Source: a virus (taxonomy: Duplodnaviria > Heunggongvirae > Uroviricota > Caudoviricetes). Taken from it: DNA of 30,976 nt. Under the pieces are notes generated by a model that did not search any database, was not told where the DNA came from, and saw only the letters and a list, made by a program, of their open reading frames with translations. The translations under genes and the position numbers were made by a program. Shown here in pieces: positions 16,232 to 25,656 of the stretch. Numbering within the stretch: the stretch's first letter is position 1; each line of letters opens with the position of its first letter. Location of the stretch: the IMG/VR virus record IMGVR_UViG_3300030444_000240. One strand, written 5' to 3'.

Positions 16232-17046
16232 GTATGGAGCTGATGGTTAAAGCGATGAAAATTCGAGTGGGTAATCCATTGCGAAAACTGGTTCTGATCA
16301 AGCTGGCTGATAATGCCAGCGATCAGGGTGAGTGCTGGCCCAGCTACCAGCATATTGCTGACCAGTGCGAAATTAGCAAACGTTCTGTGATGAATCATAT
16401 TGCGGCCCTTTGTGAGTCCGGGCTGGTAAAAAAAGTCACCCGGAAAGGTGAAAAAGGTAACTCAAGTAATATCTATCTCCTTCATCTGGATGGTGCAGGA
16501 GATTCACTAGGGGGTAGTGCAAATAATTCACTATCTGGTGCAGCAAATTCACCAGGTAGTGCAGGAGTTGCACCAGGGGGTAGTGCAGGAGATTCACCCA
16601 GAACCAGTCACTCTTTTGAACCAGTCAAAGAACCAGTCAATGAACCAATAGCTGTTGGTGCATCTGCTGATGAGTCTGTGCGAGTTCGTTCAAACCGACC
16701 GGAATACTCTCCGGAGTTTGAGCAGGCATGGCTGGCATACCCCAAACGTGCTGGTGGCAATTCAAAATCTGCAGCCTTCAAAGCCTGGAAAGCCCGTTTG
16801 AATGAGGGGGTAAAACCCGAAACCATGCTGGAAGGTGTGAAACGCTACGCGGGCTGGGTATCTGCGATGGGTAACAGCGGCACACAATTTGTGAAACAGG
16901 CTGTCACGTTCTTTGGCCCGGATCGTCATTTCGAAGAGTCCTGGGAAGTTCCTGCGGTATCTGCAGCCAGACGCGAGGACCCGTACTTCAAAGCCAGTTA
17001 CGACAACGTGGACTACAGCCAGATCCCGGCAGGATTCAGGGGGTGA
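16228..17046 (+). CDS. Replication initiator-like protein (N-terminal winged-helix/HTH) with embedded iteron-like repeats
   Basis: N-terminal LVLIKLADNASDQGECWPSYQHIADQCEISKRSVMNHIAAL resembles replication-protein HTH domains; a central low-complexity linker is encoded by tandem DNA repeats. Confidence 0.6.
   Translation: MSMELMVKAMKIRVGNPLRKLVLIKLADNASDQGECWPSYQHIADQCEISKRSVMNHIAALCESGLVKKVTRKGEKGNSSNIYLLHLDGAGDSLGGSANNSLSGAANSPGSAGVAPGGSAGDSPRTSHSFEPVKEPVNEPIAVGASADESVRVRSNRPEYSPEFEQAWLAYPKRAGGNSKSAAFKAWKARLNEGVKPETMLEGVKRYAGWVSAMGNSGTQFVKQAVTFFGPDRHFEESWEVPAVSAARREDPYFKASYDNVDYSQIPAGFRG
16491..16598. repeat. Iteron-like tandem direct repeats (candidate origin of replication)
   Basis: About five imperfect copies of GGT(A)GTGCA-N-ATTCAC(T/C) within the initiator gene, analogous to ori lying inside lambda O. 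Confidence 0.45.
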
Positions 17047-17534
17047 TCATGAGTCTGTTAAATGACGTTCAGAAATTCATTGAAGCCCATCCGGGGTGTA
17101 CTTCCGGAGACATTGCGGATGCTTTTGCAGGTTACTCACGGCAGCGCGTTCTGCAGTCAGCAAGCAAGTTACGTCAGAGTGGGCGTGTGGCTCACCGTTG
17201 TGAAGGAGATACACGCAGACATTTCCCACGCCTGACTGAGAGAGCGCAGGAGCCGGAACCACAACCAGTTCGTGAAACCAGACCTGTGCGCAATTTCTAT
17301 GTCGGCACTAACGATCCCCGGGTGATTTTGTTGACCCGCCAGGCGGAAGAACTGGAGTCCAGGGGCTTATACCGTCGTGCTGCAACGGTGTGGATGGCGG
17401 CATTCCGTGAAAGCCACTCCCAGCCAGAACGAAACAATTTTCTGGCGCATCGTGAGCGGTGCTTACGGAAAAGCAGCAAGCGCGCTGCATCGGGTGAAGA
17501 GTGGTATCTGTCAGGGAATTACGTGGGGGCTTAA
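17043..17534 (+). CDS. Hypothetical protein; C-terminal region resembles PerC/ANR-type regulators
   Basis: 163 aa; ELESRGLYRRAATVWMAAF resembles the PerC-family core as recalled. Low confidence. Confidence 0.4.
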   Translation: MIMSLLNDVQKFIEAHPGCTSGDIADAFAGYSRQRVLQSASKLRQSGRVAHRCEGDTRRHFPRLTERAQEPEPQPVRETRPVRNFYVGTNDPRVILLTRQAEELESRGLYRRAATVWMAAFRESHSQPERNNFLAHRERCLRKSSKRAASGEEWYLSGNYVGA

Positions 17535-18187
17535 TGAGTAATAAATATTGCCAGGCGCTGGTGGAGCTGCGGAACAAACCAGCCCATGAACTGAAGGAAG
17601 TGGGCGATCAGTGGCGCACGCCGGACAACATTTTCTGGGGAATTAACACCCTGTTTGGCCCGTTTGTTCTGGATCTGTTTACTGATGGTGATAACGCCAA
17701 ATGTGCCGCTTATTACACTGCGGAAGACAACGCGCTGGCGCATGACTGGTCAGAACGTCTTGCGGAGCTTAAAGGTGCTGCCTTTGGTAATCCCCCGTAC
17801 AGCCGCGCCAGTCAGCATGAGGGGCAATACATCACCGGCATGCGTTACATCATGAAACATGCCAGTGCTATGCGTGATAAAGGCGGGCGCTATGTTTTCC
17901 TGATCAAAGCTGCCACCAGCGAAGTGTGGTGGCCGGAAGATGCAGACCATATTGCTTTTATTCGCGGGCGTATTGGTTTTGAACTGCCAGCCTGGTTTAT
18001 CCCGAAGGACGAGAAGCAGGTGCCGACAGGCGCTTTCTTCGCTGGTGCTATTGCTGTTTTCGACAAGACCTGGAAGGGACCGGCAATCAGCTACATCGGG
18101 CGCGATGAACTTGAGGCATGTGGTGAGGCCTTTCTGGTGCAGGTTCGCCAGCAGGCGGAAAAACTGGTCAGGGAGATGGCGGCATGA
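17534..18187 (+). CDS. Phage-type DNA N6-adenine methyltransferase
   Basis: FGNPPYSRA (NPPY catalytic motif). Start set at MSNKYCQ, whose ATG overlaps the upstream stop (TAATG); the track ORF starts at 17501. Confidence 0.8.
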   Translation: MSNKYCQALVELRNKPAHELKEVGDQWRTPDNIFWGINTLFGPFVLDLFTDGDNAKCAAYYTAEDNALAHDWSERLAELKGAAFGNPPYSRASQHEGQYITGMRYIMKHASAMRDKGGRYVFLIKAATSEVWWPEDADHIAFIRGRIGFELPAWFIPKDEKQVPTGAFFAGAIAVFDKTWKGPAISYIGRDELEACGEAFLVQVRQQAEKLVREMAA

Positions 18188-18507
18188 CGACATTAACTCA
18201 ATGCCAGCAGCAGGTGCTGGATATGCTGATTTCTTACCAGAAAGAACGTGGCTTCCCGCCAACCAATCAGGAGGTGGCAACCATGCTGGGATACCGTTCA
18301 GTGAATGCAGCAGTGGAGCATCTTCGCGCACTGGAGAAAAAAGGCGTCATCACGATAAAGCGTGGCGTGGCCCGGGGGATAACGCTTCATACCGCGGTGA
18401 AGGACGACAGCGAGGCGGTCGGGATTATCCGCTCACTGCTTGCCGGTGAGGAAAACGCAAGGCTGCGTGCAACCCACTGGTTACATGAGAGAGGCCTGAA
18501 AGCATGA
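18184..18507 (+). CDS. LexA-family N-terminal DNA-binding domain protein
   Basis: 107 aa: QQQVLDMLISYQKERGFPPTNQEVATMLGYRSVNAAVEHLRALEKKGVI resembles the LexA winged-helix domain; no peptidase domain. Confidence 0.6.
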   Translation: MTTLTQCQQQVLDMLISYQKERGFPPTNQEVATMLGYRSVNAAVEHLRALEKKGVITIKRGVARGITLHTAVKDDSEAVGIIRSLLAGEENARLRATHWLHERGLKA

Positions 18508-18893
18508 AGCTGATCCTGCCTTTTCCGCCCAGCGTGAACACGTACTGGCGACACCCCAACAAAGGGGCGTTTGCAGGTAAGAGCCTGATAAGCGCGGCGG
18601 GGCGAAAATTCCAGAGCGCGGCGTGTGCAGCAATAGTTGAGCAGTTACGTCGTCTGCCAAAACCAACGTCGGCACCTGCTTCAGTGGAGATCGTGTTGTT
18701 TCCTCCGGATAACCGGATCCGCGATCTGGACAACTATAACAAGGCGCTGTTTGACGCCCTGACCCACGCGGGTGTGTGGGAGGACGACAGTCAGGTGAAA
18801 AGAATGCTGGTGGAGTGGGGACCGGTTATCCCGGAAGGGAAGGTCGAGATCACTATCAGTAAGTACGAGAAAACGGCGGGTGCAGCCGCCTGA
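18504..18893 (+). CDS. rusA: RusA-like Holliday junction resolvase
   Basis: 129 aa; PPSVNTYWRH ... DLDNYNKALFDALTHAGVWEDDSQV matches the RusA pattern with conserved acidic residues. Confidence 0.8.
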   Translation: MKLILPFPPSVNTYWRHPNKGAFAGKSLISAAGRKFQSAACAAIVEQLRRLPKPTSAPASVEIVLFPPDNRIRDLDNYNKALFDALTHAGVWEDDSQVKRMLVEWGPVIPEGKVEITISKYEKTAGAAA

Positions 18894-18912
18894 TTAAGAG
18901 GAGAAACGAAGT

Positions 18913-19722
18913 ATGAATAATCTGATGGTCATTGATGGTATTGAAGTTCGTCGTGATGCTTATGGGCGTTACAGCCTGAACGATCTGCATCGCGCAGCAG
19001 TAGCATCTGGTGCAAATGCCAGAACCAAGGAGCCGGGAAAGTTTCTTTCCAGCCAACAAACTGTTGAGCTTGTTCATGAATTGACCAACACCCAGAATTT
19101 GGGTGTTGACCCGGTGAGTGTGATTCATGGGGGAAATGAACGGGGAACGTATGTCTGCAAGGAACTGGTGTATGCCTATGCAATGTGGATCAGCCCGTCA
19201 TTCCATCTGAAGGTGATCCGTACTTTCGATATGGTAACCAGCGCACCGGAAAAATTATCCGGACAGGCTGCTGACAAGATGCAGGCTGGCGTGATCCTGC
19301 TGGACTTTATGCGCCGGGAGTTAAACCTGTCTAACTCTTCAGTGCTTGGTGCCTGTCAGAAACTCCAGGAGGCTGTTGGCTTACCGAATCTGGCACCGCG
19401 CTATGCCATTGATGCTCCTGCTGATGCACACGATGGCTCAAGTCGCCCGACACTGTCACTGAGTGCACTGCTGAAACAGTATGGTATCCGCCTGACGGCT
19501 AATCAGGCATATCACCAGATGGTGAAACTGGGGATCGTCGAGCAGCGCGAACGATACAGCCGTACCGCGATTAACAACATCAAAAAATTCTGGTCGCTGA
19601 CAGCGAAAGGTTGCATGTTCGGCAAGAACATCACCAGTCCCGCAAATCCGCGCGAGACGCAGCCGCATTTCTTCGAATCCCGATTCCCTGAGCTGTTAAA
19701 GCTGCTCGATACCGTTCATTGA
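18913..19722 (+). CDS. KilA-N domain protein
   Basis: N-terminal MNNLMVIDGIEVRRDAYGRYSLNDLHRAA is typical of KilA-N; C-terminal domain unassigned. Confidence 0.65.
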   Translation: MNNLMVIDGIEVRRDAYGRYSLNDLHRAAVASGANARTKEPGKFLSSQQTVELVHELTNTQNLGVDPVSVIHGGNERGTYVCKELVYAYAMWISPSFHLKVIRTFDMVTSAPEKLSGQAADKMQAGVILLDFMRRELNLSNSSVLGACQKLQEAVGLPNLAPRYAIDAPADAHDGSSRPTLSLSALLKQYGIRLTANQAYHQMVKLGIVEQRERYSRTAINNIKKFWSLTAKGCMFGKNITSPANPRETQPHFFESRFPELLKLLDTVH

Positions 19723-19723
19723 G

Positions 19724-20719
19724 GTGACCGTGAGAGCACTACTGACCCCTGAAATTGCCCCGCGTATGGGGATCGTATTGTTCAGGCCAGGTTCAGAGCT
19801 GATGCCCCTGTTTATGCAGGGGCGTGTCCTGCTGGAGCCTGAGCCGGAGCGTTATTCATCTTTCGCCAGTGGTGCCGTTCCGGCGGCATCACAACCGCTG
19901 GCGGATGATCCTGCCGTTCGGGCCGTGTTCCGCAATGAGGCAGTGATCCGTCGTGCTGGTGGCGTGGAATGTCTTGAAAGCTGGTTACTTCGTGAAAAAG
20001 GCTGCCAGTGGCCTCATTCCGACTGGCACAGCGAGAACATGACCACAATGCGACACGCTCCGGGTGCAATCCGTCTGTGCTGGCACTGCGATAACCAGCT
20101 GCGCGATCAGTTCACGGAACGGCTGGAATCAATGGCAACGGATAACTGTGCCCGCTGGGTGTTGTCTGTTGTGCGTCGGGATCTCGGTTTTGATGACAGT
20201 CACGTTGTGACAATGCCGGAACTGTGCTGGTGGCTGATTCGTAATGATCTGGCGGATGCCTTACCGGAAAGTGCAGCCCGTAAGGCACTGAGATTACCGA
20301 AGCCTGTTGTGCCGTCTGTTACCCGGGAAAGTGACCTTGTGCCTTCGGTTCCTGCCACCAGCATCATCCAGGATAAGGCGAAAAAGGTGCTGGCGCTGAA
20401 AGTGGATCCGGAGTCGCCGGAGTCTTTTATGTTACGCCCAAAACGTCGCCGCTGGGTTAATGAAAAGTACACGCGCTGGGTTAAGACGCAGCCGTGTGCA
20501 TGTTGTGGAAAGCCCGCCGATGATCCCCATCACCTGATAGGCCACGGTCAGGGTGGAATGGGTACAAAAGCGCATGACCTTTTTGTGTTGCCTTTGTGCA
20601 GAAAGCATCACGACGAGCTGCATGCGGATACCGTGGCATTTGAAGAGAAGTATGGCTCCCAGCTGGAGCTGATATTTCGTTTTATCGATCGTGCGCTGGC
20701 GATTGGTGTGCTGGCCTGA
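19724..20719 (+). CDS. DUF968-like phage protein with C-terminal Cys/His (HNH-like) motif
   Basis: 331 aa; C-terminal [18 protein letters not shown] ... CRKHHDELH. Sits upstream of Q, as DUF968 genes do in lambdoid prophages. Confidence 0.6.
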   Translation: MTVRALLTPEIAPRMGIVLFRPGSELMPLFMQGRVLLEPEPERYSSFASGAVPAASQPLADDPAVRAVFRNEAVIRRAGGVECLESWLLREKGCQWPHSDWHSENMTTMRHAPGAIRLCWHCDNQLRDQFTERLESMATDNCARWVLSVVRRDLGFDDSHVVTMPELCWWLIRNDLADALPESAARKALRLPKPVVPSVTRESDLVPSVPATSIIQDKAKKVLALKVDPESPESFMLRPKRRRWVNEKYTRWVKTQPCACCGKPADDPHHLIGHGQGGMGTKAHDLFVLPLCRKHHDELHADTVAFEEKYGSQLELIFRFIDRALAIGVLA

Positions 20720-20736
20720 TTTTGTGGAGAAAGTTG

Positions 20737-21114
20737 ATGCGTGATATTCAGATGGTTCTGGAGCGTTGGGGAGCATGGGCGGCTAATAATCATGAAGATG
20801 TGACCTGGTCGTCCATTGCCGCCGGTTTTAAGGGATTAATTCCTTCAAAAGTAAAATCTCGCCCGCAATGTTGTGACGATGACGCGATGATCATTTGCGG
20901 GTGCATGGCCCGTCTGAAAAAGAACAACAGCGATTTGCACGATTTATTGGTGGACTATTATGTCGGCGGCATGACTTTTATGGCGCTTGCACGTAAGCAT
21001 GGGCGATCTGATTGTTGGGTTGGCAGGATGCTCCAGAAAGCTGAGGGCGTAGTGGAGGGTATGCTGATGGTGTTGGATCTCCGATTGGAGATGGATGCTG
21101 ATTGTTCGAAATAA
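20737..21114 (+). CDS. Late-gene antiterminator Q-like protein
   Basis: Last gene of the early-right operon, immediately followed by a tR'-type terminator; Cys-rich ([12 protein letters not shown]). Start set at the ATG (MRDIQ); the track uses a TTG at 20722. Confidence 0.7.
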   Translation: MRDIQMVLERWGAWAANNHEDVTWSSIAAGFKGLIPSKVKSRPQCCDDDAMIICGCMARLKKNNSDLHDLLVDYYVGGMTFMALARKHGRSDCWVGRMLQKAEGVVEGMLMVLDLRLEMDADCSK

Positions 21115-21212
21115 TTAAAGGAAAAGTTGCTGTCTGATTCTCATTAGTCTAACATTTTAAATGTTGGAATCGCAACGTAGTTATTATCATATAACAGCTT
21201 GTTTCCTGATTT

Positions 21213-21241
21213 AGCCAGCCTCCCCAAAGGCTGGTTTTTTT
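21213..21241 (+). terminator. tR'-like intrinsic terminator downstream of Q
   Basis: ccagcc-tccccaaa-ggctgg hairpin followed by a T7 run. Confidence 0.6.
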
Positions 21242-21269
21242 CTAATAAGTATTATTTCGGGTAGGGATT

Positions 21270-21794
21270 TTATTGTTTAACCCATAATAATTCATTGACA
21301 TTGAATCCCAACTTTTGAGCGGTTCGCACATAGTCTGCTTTTACTTTATCTGGAATAGTTGGGGTCCTTGCCAGAATCCATAGGTATTCTCTGTTCGGAC
21401 CACTGACAAGAGCATACTTATACTCATCATCCAGTTTGATTACATTATAGCCACCATAGAAGGGGCCAAAAAACGAAACCTTCAACGCTGCAGTTTTAGT
21501 ATCTCCAGTAAAGTATGCTTTACCTTCGCTCTCGCTCCATTTATTTTTCGTTGGATCGTATCCACGGTTAAGTACACGAATCCCTCCGTCGTTCCGTTTT
21601 CCATAAGTAGCGCTGACCTGTTCCAGACCACGTTCGAACCGGTTCTCGAGGCGAGCTATTTCATACCACTTTCCGAGGTAGCGGTTGGCGTCAAAATTTG
21701 TAATCGGCTGCACACCTTTAGGTGGTGTCGGGGCCTTACATGCTATAAGAGTGAAAGAGAGTGCAATGCCAGTCAACACAGGCCATAACTTCAT
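21270..21794 (-). CDS. blc: Bacterial lipocalin (Blc-like) outer-membrane lipoprotein
   Basis: Signal peptide with lipobox (LIAC); NFDANRYLGKWYEIARLENRFERG and KVSFFGPFYGGYNVI match Blc as recalled. Confidence 0.85.
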   Translation of the reverse strand: MKLWPVLTGIALSFTLIACKAPTPPKGVQPITNFDANRYLGKWYEIARLENRFERGLEQVSATYGKRNDGGIRVLNRGYDPTKNKWSESEGKAYFTGDTKTAALKVSFFGPFYGGYNVIKLDDEYKYALVSGPNREYLWILARTPTIPDKVKADYVRTAQKLGFNVNELLWVKQ

Positions 21795-21986
21795 AATAAA
21801 TCCTGTACTTTTGATAGTTGAGAGTAAGTATGAAAGATAGATGATTACGACCGATCACTTAAAGAACTTTCATACTATATTAGGAATAGTCCATAACAGA
21901 AAAATTGTCAGTGATGACGCCAGAAAGGCAATTTATTCCGTGCACTACACAGTTTATGTGTTAATGAATTAGTCAAGGGGGAGGAT

Positions 21987-22946
21987 ATGATAAAAAAACC
22001 TGTGATTGGAATCAGCGGTTGTCTGGCCGGTTCTGCTGTTCGTTTTGATGGTGGTCACAAAAGAGCTGACTTTTTAATGGACAAATTAGTGGAATGGGTA
22101 ACATTCAGACCAGTATGTCCGGAAATGGCTATAGGGCTGCCAGTTCCGCGTCCTGCTCTACGTCTTGTGCGCTCGACGCAAGGAAATATTCGGATGTGTT
22201 TCAGCCACGACCAGAATGAGGATGTGACAGAGAGAATGACAGAGTTTAGTCGTTCTTATATGGACAAATTAAAGGATGTATCGGGGTTTGTGGTTTGTGC
22301 TAAATCTCCCAGCTGTGGCATGGAGCGCGTGCGTGTCTATGATGAAAATGGTAATCGAGGTCGTAAAGATGGAGTGGGACTATTTACGAGCACTTTGATG
22401 GAAAAGTTTTCCTGGCTACCGGTTGAAGAGGATGGGCGATTACATGATCCAGTGCTTCGTGAGAATTTTGTTGAAAGAGTTTTTGCTTTGCATGAGCTCA
22501 ATCACCTTTACAAGGAGAAATTATCAAGAAGAGAGTTATTAGCTTTTCATAGTCGTTATAAGCTTCAGTTGTTGGCGCATAGTCAGGCAGGCTATAAAGA
22601 TATGGGACCATTTGTGGCTGCAATACACGAGTGGGCGGACCTTGAATCATACTTTGAGGTGTATCGTGATAAGCTGATGGCGATTCTCAGAAAACCTGCA
22701 TCACGTAAAAATCACACGAATGTGCTGATGCATATACAGGGGTATTTTAGTAACTACTTAAGTACACGCCAGCGTAAAGAGTTGAGCGAGGTTATACTTA
22801 ACTATCGTTCTGGCACATTACCTCTTCTTGCGCCGTTGACTCTGCTGAAGCATTATCTGGGTGAGTATCCTAATGATTACTTGCTTACACAGAATTACTT
22901 CGATCCCTATCCGGACGAACTGGCTCTAAGACTGATGGTAAATTAA
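21987..22946 (+). CDS. DUF523/DUF1722 fusion protein (YbbK/YbgA-like; DUF523 resembles TudS-type desulfidases)
   Basis: 319 aa with N-terminal Cys residues (GISGCLAG, VCPE, SCGMERV); GGAGG RBS upstream. Family assignment from memory. Confidence 0.6.
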   Translation: MIKKPVIGISGCLAGSAVRFDGGHKRADFLMDKLVEWVTFRPVCPEMAIGLPVPRPALRLVRSTQGNIRMCFSHDQNEDVTERMTEFSRSYMDKLKDVSGFVVCAKSPSCGMERVRVYDENGNRGRKDGVGLFTSTLMEKFSWLPVEEDGRLHDPVLRENFVERVFALHELNHLYKEKLSRRELLAFHSRYKLQLLAHSQAGYKDMGPFVAAIHEWADLESYFEVYRDKLMAILRKPASRKNHTNVLMHIQGYFSNYLSTRQRKELSEVILNYRSGTLPLLAPLTLLKHYLGEYPNDYLLTQNYFDPYPDELALRLMVN

Positions 22947-23297
22947 TTGTATGCGATATCATCCAAAAGGATGAGTTCCTGCATGCAGGATATTTACAAT
23001 CGTAAAAACTACACTATGATACCCAGAGTGTCAGTTTGTATAAAAACTCTGTTTACGCTGAAGAAACCATTGAGATGCAACTTAAAGTTGGTAAACATGC
23101 CAGTCAAAATATATAATATTATGATTCCACGCAGCTATATATAATATAACAGATTGGTTTAATAATTTGTCTTTGTGAGTTAAATACATAATTTTATACT
23201 TGTGATGCAATGAGATTTTCCTTATTGTTGAACTGGCGAATATTGATTTTCCACCTATACTTACCTGGTGTAACCCCAATGATATCAGGTGGATAAT

Positions 23298-24024
23298 ATG
23301 CCATACATATGTTCTATCATTTTGGTGTTGAACTCGTTTGATGTCCGAATTGGTAAAGAAGATATTTTATTTAAAAAAGGAAGTGCTGTTCTCATTGATT
23401 ACAATTTAAAAGATTTTTTTTTCATCAAATATAGATCATGCAATGATCGTAGATGTTGAAGAGAAAACAGTTAATGATTTCTTTAAAAGCAACACACTCT
23501 CACCTTTTTCTGTAAGAAGGTTTTATCCGGCATACTTGATGGTGGAATGTGAAGATTTTTCATTGTTAAAGAACTTGATTGCATGCTTGAATTGTGATGG
23601 CAGAACTGTGGATTTTGTTAGAAATCAAATATCACTTGCATGTCTTGCTATCTTATCTTCAGAGAAAATAGTGCAAAGTTTTTTATTTGGATGTCTTAAT
23701 AGTTTAGGAAGTAAAGTTAAGGCTATTATTCACACGGATATATCTGCAGCATGGAGACTTTGTGATATATCTTCAAGACTGTATCTGAGTGAAAGTCTGT
23801 TAAAAGGAAAATTAAAGCACGAAGGCTTATCATTTAGTAAGTTAATTCTTGAAGAGCGAATGGTGATGGCGGAAAGGTTATTAAGCTACAATTTATATTC
23901 TGTTGGAAAAGTTACTGAGATATGCGGTTATGAAAACACGTCATATTTTGTAAGTGTTTTCAGAAGATATTTTGGTGTTCCTCCCCATCAATATTCATCA
24001 AGATTTTTTTTAGAAAAGACATGA
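23298..24024 (+). pseudogene. AraC-family regulator gene interrupted by a frameshift at a T9 tract
   Basis: N-terminal frame (23298-23453) MPYICSIILVLNSFDVRIGKED... and C-terminal frame (23443-24024) with an AraC HTH region (FRRYFGVPPHQY) align to the intact paralog at 29997-30749; the frames meet at T9 (23414-23422), and T8 would restore one ORF. Confidence 0.6.
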
Positions 24025-24217
24025 TGTAACGTGATGCGTTTTAATGATTTTGTAATTTTCGTATTTGATAATTGTATGATGCTTTCAGCTACGCCAGAAT
24101 AATCGCTGGCGTTTTTCTTTTTGAATAGATGTTCAAGCCTTACGCTAATGTAACTTCTATACCTTTCCTCTTCGTTCCGAACCGTGTACACCATCCGTTA
24201 TTTGCGGAGGTGAGGCT

Positions 24218-24433
24218 ATGAAATCCATGGATAAGTTAACAACGGGCATTGCCTACGGCACCTCCGCAGGCAGTGCTGGCTACTGGTTTTTACAGCTGCT
24301 CGATAAAGTCACGCCCTCACAGTGGGCAGCAATAGGTGTGCTGGGTAGCTTGGTATTTGGCCTGCTGACGTACCTGACAAACCTTTATTTCAAGATTAAA
24401 GAAGATAAGCGCAAGGCTGCACGGGGAGAGTAA
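24218..24433 (+). CDS. Phage-21-type class II holin (pinholin, S21-like)
   Basis: [26 protein letters not shown]...[19 protein letters not shown] closely matches S21 as recalled, including the dual-start MKSM motif. Confidence 0.85.
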   Translation: MKSMDKLTTGIAYGTSAGSAGYWFLQLLDKVTPSQWAAIGVLGSLVFGLLTYLTNLYFKIKEDKRKAARGE

Positions 24434-24437
24434 TTCA

Positions 24438-24752
24438 ATGACTCAAAACTATGAACTGATTGTGAAAGGGATCCGCAATTTTGAGAATAAAGTTACGGTA
24501 ACTTTAGCGTTACGGGACAAAAAACGCTTTGACGGTGAAATTTTTGACCTGGACATCTCGCTGGACCGTGTTGAAGGTGCCGCGCTGGAGTTTTATGAGG
24601 CAGCAGCCAGAAGGAGCATCAGACAGGTCTTCCTGGATGTTGCTGCCGGGTTATGTGAAGGGGACGAGCTGTTGCCAGAAACGCGCCCCTGTTCAGAGGC
24701 GCGGTATACCATAAAAATTAACAGTTCAGATAACTCGATTACGGGTTGTTAG
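24438..24752 (+). CDS. Hypothetical protein (104 aa) inserted between holin and endolysin
   Basis: ORF with no recognisable motif; its position is unusual for a lysis cassette. Confidence 0.45.
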   Translation: MTQNYELIVKGIRNFENKVTVTLALRDKKRFDGEIFDLDISLDRVEGAALEFYEAAARRSIRQVFLDVAAGLCEGDELLPETRPCSEARYTIKINSSDNSITGC

Positions 24753-24988
24753 CCTTTTGTTTCAGTTGGTTTTCCAATATCTTTCATTGGTAGCAACATT
24801 TCCAGATTGCTTTTGATATATGGATTATTTACATGTTCATTTAATTGATGAATGATTCCATTTTTTTCATTCTGGTCCAATACGGTAAATATTACTGTAA
24901 TCATATATTTAAGAGCTTCAATTTCTTTTGCTGTTGATGCAGGAGATGAGCAGTCAGCTGTAATATTGATAAAAACTTCTTTTTGCAT
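24749..24988 (-). CDS. Hypothetical protein (79 aa), AT-rich, antisense to the lysis operon
   Basis: ORF only; low-GC by eye. Confidence 0.3.
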   Translation of the reverse strand: MQKEVFINITADCSSPASTAKEIEALKYMITVIFTVLDQNEKNGIIHQLNEHVNNPYIKSNLEMLLPMKDIGKPTETKG

Positions 24989-25122
24989 ATCAAATCCTCA
25001 GATGGGGTAGCCCAGCCTGCATCCCCCATAATCCTTAACCAGAGCGCCAGTGTCCTACCACTGACGGGCTGAATGCTTAACATATCCAGGGTTCAGAAAC
25101 CGATAAATCCTGATAAATATCC

Positions 25123-25656
25123 ATGAACGTAAAAATCAGATACAGCCTGTCGGCTGCTGTTCTGGCACTGATTGCCGCCAGTGCTCCTGCACCTGACATT
25201 CTCGATCAGTTTCTTGATGAAAAAGAGGGGAATCACACCACTGCATACCGCGATGGCTCCGGCGTATGGACCATCTGTCGGGGAGCAACGATGGTGGACG
25301 GTAAACCTGTTATTCCGGGAATGAAACTGTCGAAGGAAAAATGCGCCCAGGTTAACGCCATTGAGCGGGATAAGGCGCTGGCATGGGTGGAGCGCAATAT
25401 AAAAGTTCCACTGACCGAGCCACAGAAAGCCGGTATCGCGTCATTCTGTCCCTATAACATTGGCCCTGGTAAGTGTTTTCCGTCGACGTTTTATAAGCGG
25501 CTTAATGCCGGTGATCGTAAAGGCGCATGCGAGGCGATTCGCTGGTGGATAAAGGACGGTGGACGTGATTGCCGTATTCGTTCAAATAATTGTTACGGTC
25601 AGGTTATTCGTCGTGACCAGGAGAGTGCATTAACCTGCTGGGGGATAGACCAGTGA
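25123..25656 (+). CDS. SAR endolysin (lysozyme-like, R21-type)
   Basis: N-terminal Ala-rich signal-anchor-release segment [15 protein letters not shown]; E-x8-D-x5-T catalytic triad spacing ([16 protein letters not shown]). Confidence 0.85.
   Translation: MNVKIRYSLSAAVLALIAASAPAPDILDQFLDEKEGNHTTAYRDGSGVWTICRGATMVDGKPVIPGMKLSKEKCAQVNAIERDKALAWVERNIKVPLTEPQKAGIASFCPYNIGPGKCFPSTFYKRLNAGDRKGACEAIRWWIKDGGRDCRIRSNNCYGQVIRRDQESALTCWGIDQ

Noticed and set aside
17750-18733. ORFs 17750-18331 (minus), 17940-18449 (plus), 18425-18733 (minus)
   Set aside because: Alternative-frame or antisense ORFs inside the phage MTase, LexA-like and RusA genes; Arg/Pro/Gly-rich compositions typical of GC-rich off-frame translation.
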